Below the pieces are notes generated by a model. That model worked only from the letters and a program-made list of their open reading frames with translations. It was not told the origin of the DNA and made no database searches. The position numbers and the translations under genes are program-made. Below are positions 8,930 through 19,368 of a stretch of 64,000 nucleotides of DNA, piece after piece. This stretch comes from an uncultured Candidatus Binatia bacterium. Lineage in GTDB: Bacteria; Desulfobacterota; Binatia; UBA9968; JAJDTQ01. The DNA lies in the NCBI GenBank assembly GCA_965213675.1, contig OZ243916.1, positions 1,888,001-1,952,000 on the forward strand. Direction: 5' to 3'. Each line of letters opens with the position of its first letter. The stretch's first letter is position 1.

Positions 8930-9739
8930 TCAGCGCGCCTCAAGTACCGCCGCGAGGAACTGCTGGGTGCGCTCGTTGCGCGGGTTTTCGAAAATCTCGC
9001 CGGGGGTCCCCTGCTCGGCGATCTTGCCCTCGTACAGGAAGCAGACCCGGTCGGAGATCTCGCGGGCGAAGCCCATCTGGTGGGTCACCATGAGCATGGT
9101 GAGACTATGCTCGCTGTTGAGTTGGCGGATGACGTTCAACACCTCGCCGATGACCTCGGGGTCCAGGGCGGAGGTGACTTCGTCCAGCAGCATGACCTTG
9201 GGACGCATGGCCAAGGCCCGGGCGATGGCCACGCGCTGTTGCTGGCCGCCGGAAAGGCGCGACGGGTGCTGGTCCTTCTTGTCCTCCAACCCCACCATGC
9301 CCAGCAATTCCACCGCCCTCGCTTCCGCCTCGTCCCGGCTGAGCCCCAGCACCTGGACCGGCGCCTCCATGCAGTTCGCCAGCGCGGTCATGTGCGGGAA
9401 CAGATTGAAATGCTGAAAAACCATGCCGATGTTCATGCGCTGCTTGCGCAGGTGCGCCGTGTTGGCCTTCACCAGAACGCCGTCCCGCTCCATATGCGTC
9501 AGCGGCTGGCCTTCCACGTAGATGACGCCGTCGTCGATTTCCTCCAGGGTCATGAGCATGCGCAACACGCTGGTCTTGCCCGCGCCGGAAGGCCCGATGA
9601 TGCACACCATCTCGTTGGCGGCGACGTCGAGGTCCAAGGCATCCAGAACGGTGAGGGACCCATACCGTTTCGTGACCTTGCTGAAGCGCACCATGGGGCC
9701 GCCGGCGCCGAGGCTCGTGGGATGGACGGAATCAGTCAC
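8930..9739 (-). CDS. ehuA: Ectoine/hydroxyectoine-type polar amino acid ABC transporter ATP-binding protein
   Basis: GPSGAGKT, LSGGQQQRVAIAR, LLDEVTSALDPE; GTG start with GGAGG RBS. Confidence 0.85.
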   Translation of the reverse strand: MTDSVHPTSLGAGGPMVRFSKVTKRYGSLTVLDALDLDVAANEMVCIIGPSGAGKTSVLRMLMTLEEIDDGVIYVEGQPLTHMERDGVLVKANTAHLRKQRMNIGMVFQHFNLFPHMTALANCMEAPVQVLGLSRDEAEARAVELLGMVGLEDKKDQHPSRLSGGQQQRVAIARALAMRPKVMLLDEVTSALDPEVIGEVLNVIRQLNSEHSLTMLMVTHQMGFAREISDRVCFLYEGKIAEQGTPGEIFENPRNERTQQFLAAVLEAR

Positions 9740-9946
9740 GGGACCCTCCAGGGACAATCGCGGGAACCGGCAACAGCCGGCAATGGGCTGACAACGCGGA
9801 CCGGCCCGAGGGGATCCTGTGCGGCTGCCGTGGGTCCGGACGCAGACGGCCGGCAGCAGCCGATGACGCGGGGCCGCCCGAAACGCGCCCCTTCCGTGCC
9901 GGTTCGCGAGGCGCCGGCGCCCGGCTGCCCCTGCTCGGAATGCGCT

Positions 9947-10618
9947 TCATCGACTCATCCCCAGCGCGCGCCCCACCCAGGCCTCGAACGCGCGAAGTCC
10001 GGCCGCCGCGGGCAACGAGATCGCCAGAAAGATCACCCCGACCATGGTGTAGGGTTCCAGGAAACGATAGGTCTCCGAGCCGATGGCGTTGGCGGCCTGC
10101 AAGAGTTCGGTGACGGCGATGACCGACAGCATGGGGGTGTCCTTGAATATCCCCACGAGATAGTTGCCCATGCCGGGCAGGGCGGCCGGTAGCGCCTGCG
10201 GGATGATGATCCGGAAATAGGTTCGCGTCGTGCTCAGATGGAGCGCGTGGCACGCCTCCCACTGCCCCTTGGGCACGGCGTCGAGCCCGCCCCGGTAGAC
10301 TTCCGACAGGTAGGCGGCGTAGTGGAGCCCGATGGCGATCATGCCCGAAGTCCACGGCGACAACCGAACGCCGAACTGCGGACCGACATAGAACACGAAG
10401 AAGATCTGCAACACCAGTGGGGTCGAGCGGATGAACTCCACGGCCTCGCGCACGACCCGGGTCAAGGCGCGCCACGGCGTGCGTTGCGCCAGGCAGAACA
10501 CCAGCCCCAGCACCAAGGCGATGCCGTAGCCGATGCCCGCGGCCATCAACGTGTTGAGCGTCGCCCACAGGAGCTGCGGCAGAATCTCGAACGTGAAGTC
10601 CCAGCGCCAGTCGAACAT
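9947..10618 (-). CDS. ehuD: Ectoine/hydroxyectoine ABC transporter permease
   Basis: N-terminal WRWDFTFEILP, EFIRSTPL, FKDTPMLSVI, YRFLEPYT. Confidence 0.85.
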   Translation of the reverse strand: MFDWRWDFTFEILPQLLWATLNTLMAAGIGYGIALVLGLVFCLAQRTPWRALTRVVREAVEFIRSTPLVLQIFFVFYVGPQFGVRLSPWTSGMIAIGLHYAAYLSEVYRGGLDAVPKGQWEACHALHLSTTRTYFRIIIPQALPAALPGMGNYLVGIFKDTPMLSVIAVTELLQAANAIGSETYRFLEPYTMVGVIFLAISLPAAAGLRAFEAWVGRALGMSR

Positions 10619-10629
10619 CCCCGCCTCGA

Positions 10630-11295
10630 TCAGGCCCGGCCCATCTTGCGCGCCATCATGCCCTCCAGCCAGCGCATGGAAGGCGAGATCAAGAGCCGCG
10701 CCATGACGTAGTAGATCACCAGCGCAGTGCCGAAAGCCTCGGCCGACAGAAACGTGTAACCGTTGATCTGCTTGGCCTGAAACATCAGGTCGGTCACCGA
10801 AATCAGGGCCACCAGCGCGGTGGCCTTGAGGAGCTCGATCAGGAGGTTGCCCCAGGGCGGGAGCATGATCAGGAAGGCCTGGGGCAGGATAATGCGTTGC
10901 ATCCGCGTCCAGGGCGACAGGTTGAGCGCCAGCGCGGCCTCATATTGACCCCGGGGCACGGCCTGGATGGCGCCCCGCACCACCTCCGCCCCATAGGCGC
11001 CCAGGTTCATCCCCACCGCCACGAAACCCGCGACGAACTTCTCAAGGGTGAGCCCGAACAGGGGCAACACGAAGAATATCCAGTAGAGCTGGATGAGGAG
11101 CGAGGTGCCGCGGAAGACCTCGATGTAGCATGTGGCCGTGCCGCGCACCGCGGCGTTGGGCGAAAGCCGCATCAGCCCCATCACCAATGCGATGACCACC
11201 GCCAGCGCCGCCGCCAGCACGGTCTGCTGCGCCGTCACCACGACACCTTCGGCCAAGCGCCAACCGTGTGTCGCGAGGAAGTCGAAGTAGGACAT
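10630..11295 (-). CDS. ehuC: Ectoine/hydroxyectoine ABC transporter permease
   Basis: EVFRGTSLLIQLYWIFFVLP, GAYGAEVVRGA, PPWGNLLIELLKAT. Confidence 0.85.
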   Translation of the reverse strand: MSYFDFLATHGWRLAEGVVVTAQQTVLAAALAVVIALVMGLMRLSPNAAVRGTATCYIEVFRGTSLLIQLYWIFFVLPLFGLTLEKFVAGFVAVGMNLGAYGAEVVRGAIQAVPRGQYEAALALNLSPWTRMQRIILPQAFLIMLPPWGNLLIELLKATALVALISVTDLMFQAKQINGYTFLSAEAFGTALVIYYVMARLLISPSMRWLEGMMARKMGRA

Positions 11296-11500
11296 CGGGT
11301 TCCCCGCCCGCGCGAGCAGGAGCGGTCACGCGTCCGGATCAACAGCGGTCGCGGTCACGCACGGTCGCACACCGGGTTCAAGCAGCGGGGACCGGGCCCG
11401 GGCCGCTCCGCCCATCGCGGCCCGGCGGCCGGTGCGTGTTTGAACCGCGTGGGCCGCCGGGCTGCTGCCGCCTGACCCCGTGGGCGGGGCCGCGGCGGGC

Positions 11501-12382
11501 TCAGCGGTTGGCGCAGGCGAATGCCGTGCTGCCGTCACCGGGAAGCTGCGCCTTGGTGTAGCTGTACTCCTTGACCGCGGCCATCATCTTGTCCGAGCCC
11601 AGGTGCTTGGCCAAGGCTTCGTTGAACGCCTTCAGGAAGGCCGTGTCCGACTTGCGGAAGCCGATGCCGACCCAGTTGTAGGTCCACTCCGGCTGTTTCG
11701 AAGGATCGCTGACATCCACCGCGCCGCCACTCTTCTTCACCAGCGCGTTCGCCGTGAAAAACGTCACGCCGCCGGCGTCCGCGCGTCCGGCCCGGACCGC
11801 CGCCAGGATCTCCGTGGGACCCGGCACCTGCATGACCTGGGCGGTGGGCACGCCCTCCTTCTTCGCCGCCTCCACGATATTGTAGCCGGCGCCGGTCACC
11901 AGGACGGCGTTCTGCTTCTTGATGTCCTGGTAGTTGTGCAGGTTCTTGGGATTGCCCTTGGCAACGATGAACGCGTCACCGAAGATCCCGATGGGATCCG
12001 AGAAGTTGATGTTCTGACAACGGCTCTTGAGAATGTACATGCCGCCGGTAATGACATCGAACCGGTTGGCCTTGAGACCGGGAATCAGTCCGCCCCAATC
12101 CGTGACCACGGGTTGGATCTTGGTGATCCCCATCTCGTTGAGCACGCCGATGGCAATGGCGTTCACGAAGCCCTTGGGCACGTTATTGTCTCCCGGATAG
12201 GCCCAGGGAATCTCGTTGGCGAAACCGATCCGGACGGTCTCCCCGGCCTTGGCCTTTTCCAGAAGGGATGCGGCGCCGGCACTGCCAAGCAACAGGCTGA
12301 CACCCGTCACCGCTACTCCAAGGACCACGATTGCCTTCGAAACGAACCGTCCTGCAAACCGCCCTGTCGTTCGAATGCGCAT
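11501..12382 (-). CDS. ehuB: Ectoine/hydroxyectoine ABC transporter substrate-binding protein
   Basis: Signal peptide; RIGFANEIPWAY, WGGLIPGLKANRFD, GMYI...RC. Confidence 0.85.
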   Translation of the reverse strand: MRIRTTGRFAGRFVSKAIVVLGVAVTGVSLLLGSAGAASLLEKAKAGETVRIGFANEIPWAYPGDNNVPKGFVNAIAIGVLNEMGITKIQPVVTDWGGLIPGLKANRFDVITGGMYILKSRCQNINFSDPIGIFGDAFIVAKGNPKNLHNYQDIKKQNAVLVTGAGYNIVEAAKKEGVPTAQVMQVPGPTEILAAVRAGRADAGGVTFFTANALVKKSGGAVDVSDPSKQPEWTYNWVGIGFRKSDTAFLKAFNEALAKHLGSDKMMAAVKEYSYTKAQLPGDGSTAFACANR

Positions 12383-12730
12383 CCTTCCGTTCTCCTTTCC
12401 AGCTGGCCGCGTCCCTGCCAGCCTCACCGCATCGAGGATCCCCGTTCGAGGATCCGTGCACCCGGCGCCGAAGCACCGCCAATGGCTGGCAACCTAACAA
12501 GCCGTTGCGAGGCGTGCAAATTGGGTCGGTTCGAAAGCGGATGACCGTGGTTCGGCGCGAAATCCATCTGGATAGCCATCCAATCGGTGGGTCTGTGAAG
12601 CAGGTGCGGCACACGAGGAGTGCCAGGCTTCGCTGGACCGCCTCGCCAGTGTTGACACTCCCATGGCGTGTTGTTACGGGTAGCCGGTTCTGTCCGACCG
12701 AAGACCCCAAACACTTCAAGGAGGTTACCG

Positions 12731-13768
12731 ATGTCTCGCATGATCAAGTCACTGGCCGTGGTGCTGGCGCTCGTACTGGGATCTGCCGCGGCAGGAGCGG
12801 AGGAATTCTACAAGGGCAAGAACCTGCGCATGCTGGTGGGGTTCACCCCCGGGGGCGGCTATGACACCTATACCCGCTACATTGCCCGCCACATCGGCCA
12901 GTATATCCCAGGCAACCCCACGCCGATTGTGCAGAATCTGCCCGGGGCCGGAAGCCTGATCACGGCCAACTTCGTCTTCAGAAAGGCCAAGCCCGACGGA
13001 GCGACCCTCGGCGTCTGGAGCCCCGCACTGATCTTCGCCCACGCCATGGGCGACAAAAAGGTGCAGATCGAGCCCAAGGAGTTCGAGTACATCGGCACAC
13101 CCACGTCGGACTCGGTCACGTGCGGCCTGATGGCGCGGTCGGGGCTCAAGACCCTGGATGACGTCGTCAAGTCAGGGAGAGAGGTCACCATGGGCGGCAC
13201 GCGCGCGCCCGGCAACACCACCGACCCGTTTCTGTTCCTGAACCGGCAACTGGGCACCAAGTTCAAGAGCATTCCGGGCTACGGCGGCACTTCCAAGATA
13301 CGCCTCGCCATGGAGTCCGGCGAAGTGGACGGCGCGTGCTGGACGTGGGAGTCCATGAGGGTCACCGCGCGGGGCATGCTGGACGCCACCGGCGACAACA
13401 AGTTCGTTCCCTTCATCATCACCAAGCGTCATCAGGACCCTGAGGTGAAGGACGTCCCGCTGTTCTCCGACGTGCTCAAGGGCCAGCATGCGAAGGCCTT
13501 CAAGGCGTGGGACCGGCAGAACACCATCACCCGCGTCTACACGCTGCCACCGGGCACGCCCAAGGAACGGGTCGCGATCCTGCAGAAGGCCTTCCAAGCG
13601 GTGATGGAGAACCCCGAATTCCTCAAGGAGACCCGAAAGGCGCGCCTCAACATCGCCTATGTGTCGCCCACGGCCATCCGAGAGGCCCTGACCGGGCTGA
13701 ACAACATGCCTCCGGACATCAAGGAGTACCTGCAAATCCTGACCGGCTTCAAGAAGCCGCAGTCCTGA
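12731..13768 (+). CDS. TctC/Bug-like tripartite tricarboxylate transporter substrate-binding protein
   Basis: Signal peptide; VGFTPGGGYD, QNLPGAGS, AKPDG, GYGGTS...AMESGEVDG. Confidence 0.9.
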   Translation: MSRMIKSLAVVLALVLGSAAAGAEEFYKGKNLRMLVGFTPGGGYDTYTRYIARHIGQYIPGNPTPIVQNLPGAGSLITANFVFRKAKPDGATLGVWSPALIFAHAMGDKKVQIEPKEFEYIGTPTSDSVTCGLMARSGLKTLDDVVKSGREVTMGGTRAPGNTTDPFLFLNRQLGTKFKSIPGYGGTSKIRLAMESGEVDGACWTWESMRVTARGMLDATGDNKFVPFIITKRHQDPEVKDVPLFSDVLKGQHAKAFKAWDRQNTITRVYTLPPGTPKERVAILQKAFQAVMENPEFLKETRKARLNIAYVSPTAIREALTGLNNMPPDIKEYLQILTGFKKPQS

Positions 13769-13791
13769 GCGAACGCAGGGCGGCGCCGGCC

Positions 13792-14247
13792 TCAGTCCGG
13801 CGCCATGCCCTTCTTTGCAAGTTCCGCAGCGGCCGATGACGTCTTCTTCAATGCGCCGAGGCCCATGCCACTGAGCACGTGGGGCGCCTTGGAGAACTGA
13901 ATCTCATTATAGGGCACCACCTCAATGCGGTTGCCCCACGGGTCGCGGAAGTTGAGGCGCTGGTCCAGGGGCGGCACCCCGAGGCGGTCGAGGGCGGCGC
14001 GCACCGGCTCGCGGTCGTCCACGACAAAGCCGAAGTGGCGTTTCCCGTCCGCCTCCTGGGTCTTTCCCAGGCTCAACTGGATGAACTGGTCGCCCAGGTC
14101 GATGAAGGCGTTGCGGTCGCTCCGGCCGCGCAGGCTGAAGTCGAAGATGGCGCCGTAGAACTCCAGCGCCTCGTCCAGATCCCCTACCTCCAGCACCACG
14201 TGGTTGATGCCCATGGCCCGGGCTCTCCTGGGCGTGCCTTCGCTCAT
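13792..14247 (-). CDS. VOC/glyoxalase family protein
   Basis: GINHVVLEV, HFGFVV, FRDPWGNRIE. Confidence 0.9.
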   Translation of the reverse strand: MSEGTPRRARAMGINHVVLEVGDLDEALEFYGAIFDFSLRGRSDRNAFIDLGDQFIQLSLGKTQEADGKRHFGFVVDDREPVRAALDRLGVPPLDQRLNFRDPWGNRIEVVPYNEIQFSKAPHVLSGMGLGALKKTSSAAAELAKKGMAPD

Positions 14248-14392
14248 GACGGCTCCTTTCGCATTTGACGGGTCTGGCCCGCGCCGGCGCACCGGCGGCG
14301 TCACCGGTAGGACACATGCGTCATGGTGGAGGACACGGCGCGCGACATCGTTGCGGCACGCGCCGCGCCGGCCATGCGGTCACACGCGCGGG

Positions 14393-15448
14393 TCACATCT
14401 GCGCCGTGACGCCGTTGCGCGCGCACTCGTCCTGGTACATTTGCCGCAACGCCCGGTCCTCGTCCTCGAACTCGATCTGCTCGACGCCACGCTCCTCGCC
14501 CTGGACCGCGGTGGAGGCGTGCAGCGCCACGAACCGACAGGGCTCCGGGCCGGTGTTGTAGTGCTGGTGCCAGCTCCCGGCCGGCGGCGACATCACCGTG
14601 CCTTCCTGCCAGTCGAAGCGCTGGGGCTTCTCGCCCTCCTGCCACATGAGCGAGTAGCCGGTGGAGTCGAGCATGTAGATGTGAGCGCCGGGGCCGTGGC
14701 GGTGCGCCTTCTTGTAGGTTCCCACCGGGAACTGGGAGACATGCGCGAGCATGGTGCTGCCGGCCATGTGGATGTACATGTTGCGGTTGCCCTTGCCGCG
14801 CTTCTCCCGCGGGACCAGCTTGATGTCGCGGATATTGCTGATGAAATTGTTCTCCAGGATGCCGCCGTAGTAGTCGGTGTTGTACCTTCCTTCACGACTG
14901 AAGAAGTCCTCCTGGGCCGGATCGAAGCGGTCCCTGAAGACATGGTCGGTGTTGAAGATGAAATCCGGGTCCCGGTAGAGCTCGAACACCACCGGGGCGC
15001 TCGTAAGGGCGAAGTAGCGCGCCGATTCCTGTCCGCTGGCGTTGAAGTGCTGGTGCCAGGCATTGAGCGGAATGGCGAAGAGACTACCGGTCTCCCACTC
15101 GAAGGCGCGCTTGCGCGCCTCGTCGTACCATACCGTGGTGGCGCCGCGCCCCTGGGTGATGAGCACGATCTCCTCGAAGAGGTGCCGTTGGGGCTCGAGG
15201 CTCGATCCCGGCGCGATCTCGCACACGTAGCCGTCGGCCACGCGCTGGTCGGAGAACGACAGGTAAGCGCCCTTGCCGCCCCGGCGCAGCCACGCGCCCA
15301 GTTCCATGCGGCGCACGTCCTGGACATGGGAGCCGCTCACCACGGGCAACCCCTCGGACTCGATCCAGCGGTCATACGCACCGAACCGGTCGCTCATGAA
15401 CTGCACGTAGGGATGGACCTCGAACTCCTTGACCGCCCTGGTCGCCAT
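14393..15448 (-). CDS. Bicupin protein (gentisate dioxygenase-like superfamily)
   Basis: QRHLFEE...PLNAWHQHFN and KAHRHGPG...WHQHYN. Confidence 0.85.
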   Translation of the reverse strand: MATRAVKEFEVHPYVQFMSDRFGAYDRWIESEGLPVVSGSHVQDVRRMELGAWLRRGGKGAYLSFSDQRVADGYVCEIAPGSSLEPQRHLFEEIVLITQGRGATTVWYDEARKRAFEWETGSLFAIPLNAWHQHFNASGQESARYFALTSAPVVFELYRDPDFIFNTDHVFRDRFDPAQEDFFSREGRYNTDYYGGILENNFISNIRDIKLVPREKRGKGNRNMYIHMAGSTMLAHVSQFPVGTYKKAHRHGPGAHIYMLDSTGYSLMWQEGEKPQRFDWQEGTVMSPPAGSWHQHYNTGPEPCRFVALHASTAVQGEERGVEQIEFEDEDRALRQMYQDECARNGVTAQM

Positions 15449-15610
15449 GATGCCCTCCTTGCCCGGGAACCCTCGTGTCCTTGTCGAACGCGTCCCCTTC
15501 GTACCCCTTTTCGTACCCCTTCGTTCGCGCACAGGCTATAGCGTTCGGCAACGGAATGCGAGTCCGGGCCGCGTTCGTGAGCGCGCCTGATTCTCTGCTA
15601 AGGTGGTGGC

Positions 15611-17665
15611 ATGGAACGCTTCCTCAATCCACCCACGGCCAAGATTTCTCCCAAAAGGCTCGAGCATCACGGTCACGTGCGCATCGATGACTATTACTGG
15701 CTGAGGGAACGCGAGAACCCCGACACGGTGGCCTACCTGGAAGCGGAAAACGCCCACACCGCGGCGGCCATGGCCCACGTTCAGGAGCTCGAGGAGGCGC
15801 TGTTCGAAGAGATCAAGGGGCGCATCAAGCAGACGGACATGTCGGTGCCCTACCGGCGGGACGACTACTATTACTACACCCGTTTCCAGGAGGGCCAGGA
15901 GTATCCGCTGTATGCGCGCAAGCGCGAGTCCCTGGACAATCCGGAAGAGATGATGCTCGACGTGAATGTCCTCGCCGAGGGCCACGAGTTCTACTCGGTG
16001 GGGAGGATCGCGGTGAGCTTCGGCCAGGGTCTGCTGGCGTACACCGAGGACACCCAGGGGCGGCGCATCTACACCGTCCGATTCAAGGATCTCGCCACCG
16101 GCGCGACCCTTTCCGACGTCATTCCCGAGGTGACCAGCAACATCACCTGGGCAAACGACGACCGAACCCTGTTCTACGCCAAGCAGGACCCCGAGACCCT
16201 GCGCTCCTGCCGCATCTACCGCCACGCGCTGGGAACCGACCCGGATGACGACGTGCTCGTTTACGAAGAAACCGACGACACCTTCTCGGCCCACGTGTTC
16301 AAGACCAAGTCCAAGCGCTACCTGATGATCGTATCCGCGCAGACCCTGAGCAACGAGTACCGCTACCTCGACGCCAGCGACCCCACCGGCGCGTTCACCG
16401 TATTCCTGCCGCGGGAGCGGGGACACGAACACGCCGTGGACCATTTCGAGGACCGCTTCTTCATCCACACCAATCACGAAGCCCGCAATTTCCGGCTCGT
16501 GTCCACGCCCTTGGACCACACCGGCAAGGACCATTGGAAGGAAGTCATTCCGCACCGGCCCGACGTGTTGCTGGAGGGCTTCGAGGTGTTCCAGGACCAC
16601 TTGGTGCTGGAGGAACGCCACGACGGGCTCATGCGCATCCGCATCATCCCGTGGGACGGCTCGGAGGAGCACTACCTGGAGTTCGGCGAGCCCGCCTATG
16701 CCGCGGGCACAAGCGTCAACCCGGAGTTCGACACCACGGTACTGCGCTACGGCTACACCTCCATGACTACGCCCAGTTCCATCTACGACTACGACATGGT
16801 GACGCGGGAGAAGACCCTGCTCAAGCAAGAGGAGGTCCTGGGCGGTTTCGACAGCGGGCAATACCGCACCGAGCGGCTTCACGCCGCCGCCGCGGACGGC
16901 GCCCGGGTGCCCATTTCGCTGGTGTACCGGAAGGGGACGGCGCGCGACGGCCGCGCGCCGCTGCTGCTCTACGGCTACGGCTCCTACGGCCACAGCATGG
17001 ACGCCGGCTTCGGCTCGGCGCGCCTGAGCCTGCTCGACCGTGGCTTCGTCTTCGCCATCGCGCACATCCGCGGCGGCGAAGAGATGGGGCGGGCGTGGTA
17101 CGAGGACGGCAGGCTGCTCCGGAAGAAGAACACCTTCACGGACTTCGTCGCGTGCGCCGAGCATCTGATCGCGGAGGGCTATACCTCGCGGGAGCGGCTG
17201 TTCGCCATGGGTGGAAGCGCCGGCGGCCTGCTGATGGGGGCGGTGGTGAACCTGCGGCCGGACCTGTTCCAGGGCGTGGTGGCGCAGGTGCCGTTCGTGG
17301 ATGTGGTCACCACCATGCTGGACCCCGACATTCCTCTCACCACCGGCGAGTACGACGAGTGGGGCAACCCCAACGACAAGGAATTCTACAACTACATACT
17401 GTCGTACTCACCCTACGACAACGTCGCGGCCCGGGACTACCCCCACATGCTCGTGACCACCGGACTGCACGACTCTCAGGTGCAGTACTGGGAGCCTGCC
17501 AAATGGGTGGCCAAGCTGCGCGCGGTCAAGACCGACCCCAACCGCCTGTTGCTCAAAACCAACATGGAAGCCGGGCACGGCGGTGCGTCCGGGCGCTTCA
17601 AGCGCTATCGCGAGATCGCCCTGGAATACGCATTTCTGCTGGACTTGGCGGGAATCCGCGAATAA
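15611..17665 (+). CDS. ptrB: Oligopeptidase B (S9A family)
   Basis: DDYYWLR, GGSAGG catalytic Ser, HDSQVQYWEPAKW, AGHGG; TGn-TAAGGT 6 nt before ATG suggests a leaderless transcript. Confidence 0.95.
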   Translation: MERFLNPPTAKISPKRLEHHGHVRIDDYYWLRERENPDTVAYLEAENAHTAAAMAHVQELEEALFEEIKGRIKQTDMSVPYRRDDYYYYTRFQEGQEYPLYARKRESLDNPEEMMLDVNVLAEGHEFYSVGRIAVSFGQGLLAYTEDTQGRRIYTVRFKDLATGATLSDVIPEVTSNITWANDDRTLFYAKQDPETLRSCRIYRHALGTDPDDDVLVYEETDDTFSAHVFKTKSKRYLMIVSAQTLSNEYRYLDASDPTGAFTVFLPRERGHEHAVDHFEDRFFIHTNHEARNFRLVSTPLDHTGKDHWKEVIPHRPDVLLEGFEVFQDHLVLEERHDGLMRIRIIPWDGSEEHYLEFGEPAYAAGTSVNPEFDTTVLRYGYTSMTTPSSIYDYDMVTREKTLLKQEEVLGGFDSGQYRTERLHAAAADGARVPISLVYRKGTARDGRAPLLLYGYGSYGHSMDAGFGSARLSLLDRGFVFAIAHIRGGEEMGRAWYEDGRLLRKKNTFTDFVACAEHLIAEGYTSRERLFAMGGSAGGLLMGAVVNLRPDLFQGVVAQVPFVDVVTTMLDPDIPLTTGEYDEWGNPNDKEFYNYILSYSPYDNVAARDYPHMLVTTGLHDSQVQYWEPAKWVAKLRAVKTDPNRLLLKTNMEAGHGGASGRFKRYREIALEYAFLLDLAGIRE

Positions 17666-17789
17666 GGGTTGGCGCGCGCGCTCGTCCTGTCCAGGCAGCG
17701 GACAGATACCGTCCGCTGCCGTCACGTCGCCCTGTTCGTCATCCTGCGCCCACCGGACCCGCGCCCGCCACGGAGAGAATCCTTCCGGG

Positions 17790-18737
17790 CTACTTGTCCT
17801 CGTCGTCCTCGTCCATGGACATGGCGCGCAGGTGCTTGTCGATGGTGGTGTAGCCCTTCCACTGATCCACCAGCCAGTAGCGGATGCCGAACTCGAAGCG
17901 GAGCTCACGGGTCTCGCCATCGCTGGGGTTGAAGTGCTGGTGGTGCATCATGCCGGGCGGCACGTGCACGGCGTCGCCCTGCTCCCAGTTGTACTGCTTG
18001 CCGCCGATCTCCGAGTAGCCCGCCCCTTTGAGCGCGTAGAGGTATGCCTCGGGGTGCGCGTGGCTGTGGCTCTTGGAGCGCGGCAACTCAACGAAGATGG
18101 AACTGATGGCCGCGGCCGTGGCCTTGAAACCATTGCGGCTGCCGCTGCGGCCCATGAGGAAGTAGGTGGCGCCGTGCTTGGACTCGGCCGAAAGCTCGTG
18201 CTGGTCCTGGTGCATGGAGATACGCCGGCCGTCTTCCGGCCAGTCCTGCGACTCTTCCGGTCCGATGGCGGTCAGCGCCTCCGGATCGTTGGCGCCGCAG
18301 TCCTCGAACTGATCCATGCGGCCCATGTACATCGAGGCCTCCAGGTGCCAGGCCAGCCCGGAGATGTAGCCCACCGGCACGTCGCCGGTGTTGAACAACT
18401 GGTGCTCGGACCGATAGGGCACGTGCAGGACCGTGCCCGGCCCGAAGTCGTAGCGCTTGCCGTCCAGCACCATGAAGCCCGTGCCGCTTTCCACGTAGAT
18501 GGCTTCCTCGCCGTGGCTGTGACGCCCGGTGTGCCAACCCACGGGAATCTCCGCCCGCATCATCATGCTCCCGCCGGTGGGAAAGCCTCGCTCGGGCGCG
18601 ATCATCAACGCCGCCCTGGCGTCCTGTCGCGTCTGGACCCAATCCAGTTCGGTGTGGCGCGCCACCCGCGGCGCGTTTTCGACAAACTGCTCGTTCCGAT
18701 CCGTGGTGTTCAGCCATTCGCTGTAAAAGTCGCTCAT
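17790..18737 (-). CDS. Bicupin protein
   Basis: HSHGEE...EHQLFN and HAHPEA...HHQHFN; GGAGG RBS. Confidence 0.85.
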   Translation of the reverse strand: MSDFYSEWLNTTDRNEQFVENAPRVARHTELDWVQTRQDARAALMIAPERGFPTGGSMMMRAEIPVGWHTGRHSHGEEAIYVESGTGFMVLDGKRYDFGPGTVLHVPYRSEHQLFNTGDVPVGYISGLAWHLEASMYMGRMDQFEDCGANDPEALTAIGPEESQDWPEDGRRISMHQDQHELSAESKHGATYFLMGRSGSRNGFKATAAAISSIFVELPRSKSHSHAHPEAYLYALKGAGYSEIGGKQYNWEQGDAVHVPPGMMHHQHFNPSDGETRELRFEFGIRYWLVDQWKGYTTIDKHLRAMSMDEDDEDK

Positions 18738-18797
18738 GAATTCCTCCCTGGGCCACGCTGGGCTGACGGCCCGCGCAAAGCCATGTTTCAGCATTTC

Positions 18798-18861
18798 CTG
18801 GTGTCGTATCCCGTAAACATACCGGCAAATTATCGCAGTAATTTGCGGGACACGACACTAG
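18798..18861. mobile_element. MITE family 1, internally deleted copy
   Basis: ctgg-tgtcgtatcccgtaaa...tttgcgggacacgaca-ctag; same ends as copies at 22896 and 42981. Confidence 0.8.
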
Positions 18862-19024
18862 GGGCCTGTCGGGTTTATCAAGAATCTGCTGCGAGGCAGG
18901 GGAATGGGTCCATTGCCGGTTGGATTTTCGTCCAATATTACCAATCTTGTCCTCAAATCCGCCCGAAACTGGCCTCCATCCCTCTGCCTCTCGCTACGAT
19001 TCGACAAACCCGACAGGCTCCTAG
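18858..19024. mobile_element. MITE family 2 flanked by CTAG direct repeats
   Basis: ctag-gggcctgtcgggtttatcaa...tcgacaaacccgacaggctc-ctag; ~20-bp imperfect TIR (17/20). Confidence 0.85.
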
Positions 19025-19368
19025 ACTCAGACACTTAGACAAAATCCCGGCACGCCACAAGAACGCACAGCGCGGGAATGACAGAAGGGGGCATCCGGGA
19101 CTGACGCAAAGGACACCGGACTTCCGCATGCACCTGCAAGAACGCACCCGCGGAATGATCCGGGTTTCAGCGCCGGAGCCATCCTGGAGGGGCGGCCGTG
19201 TCGCAAACACCAGACCGTTGACGCGGCGCGTTGACATGGCGGAGGATACCAAATACGTCTGTATCAATCGGTCGTCCTGTTTCAAACGGCCTGCGTCGGG
19301 CCTCATGCCGGGGAGCGCATCCCTGGCCACGGCGGAGGTCAAAGCGGGCGTAAGGGTGTGCCGACGCC

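Noticed and set aside
12430-12730. tRNA or riboswitch in the ehuB/tctC intergenic region (contains GGTTCGAA)
   Set aside because: No cloverleaf or recognisable aptamer could be built by eye; a covariance-model search would be needed.
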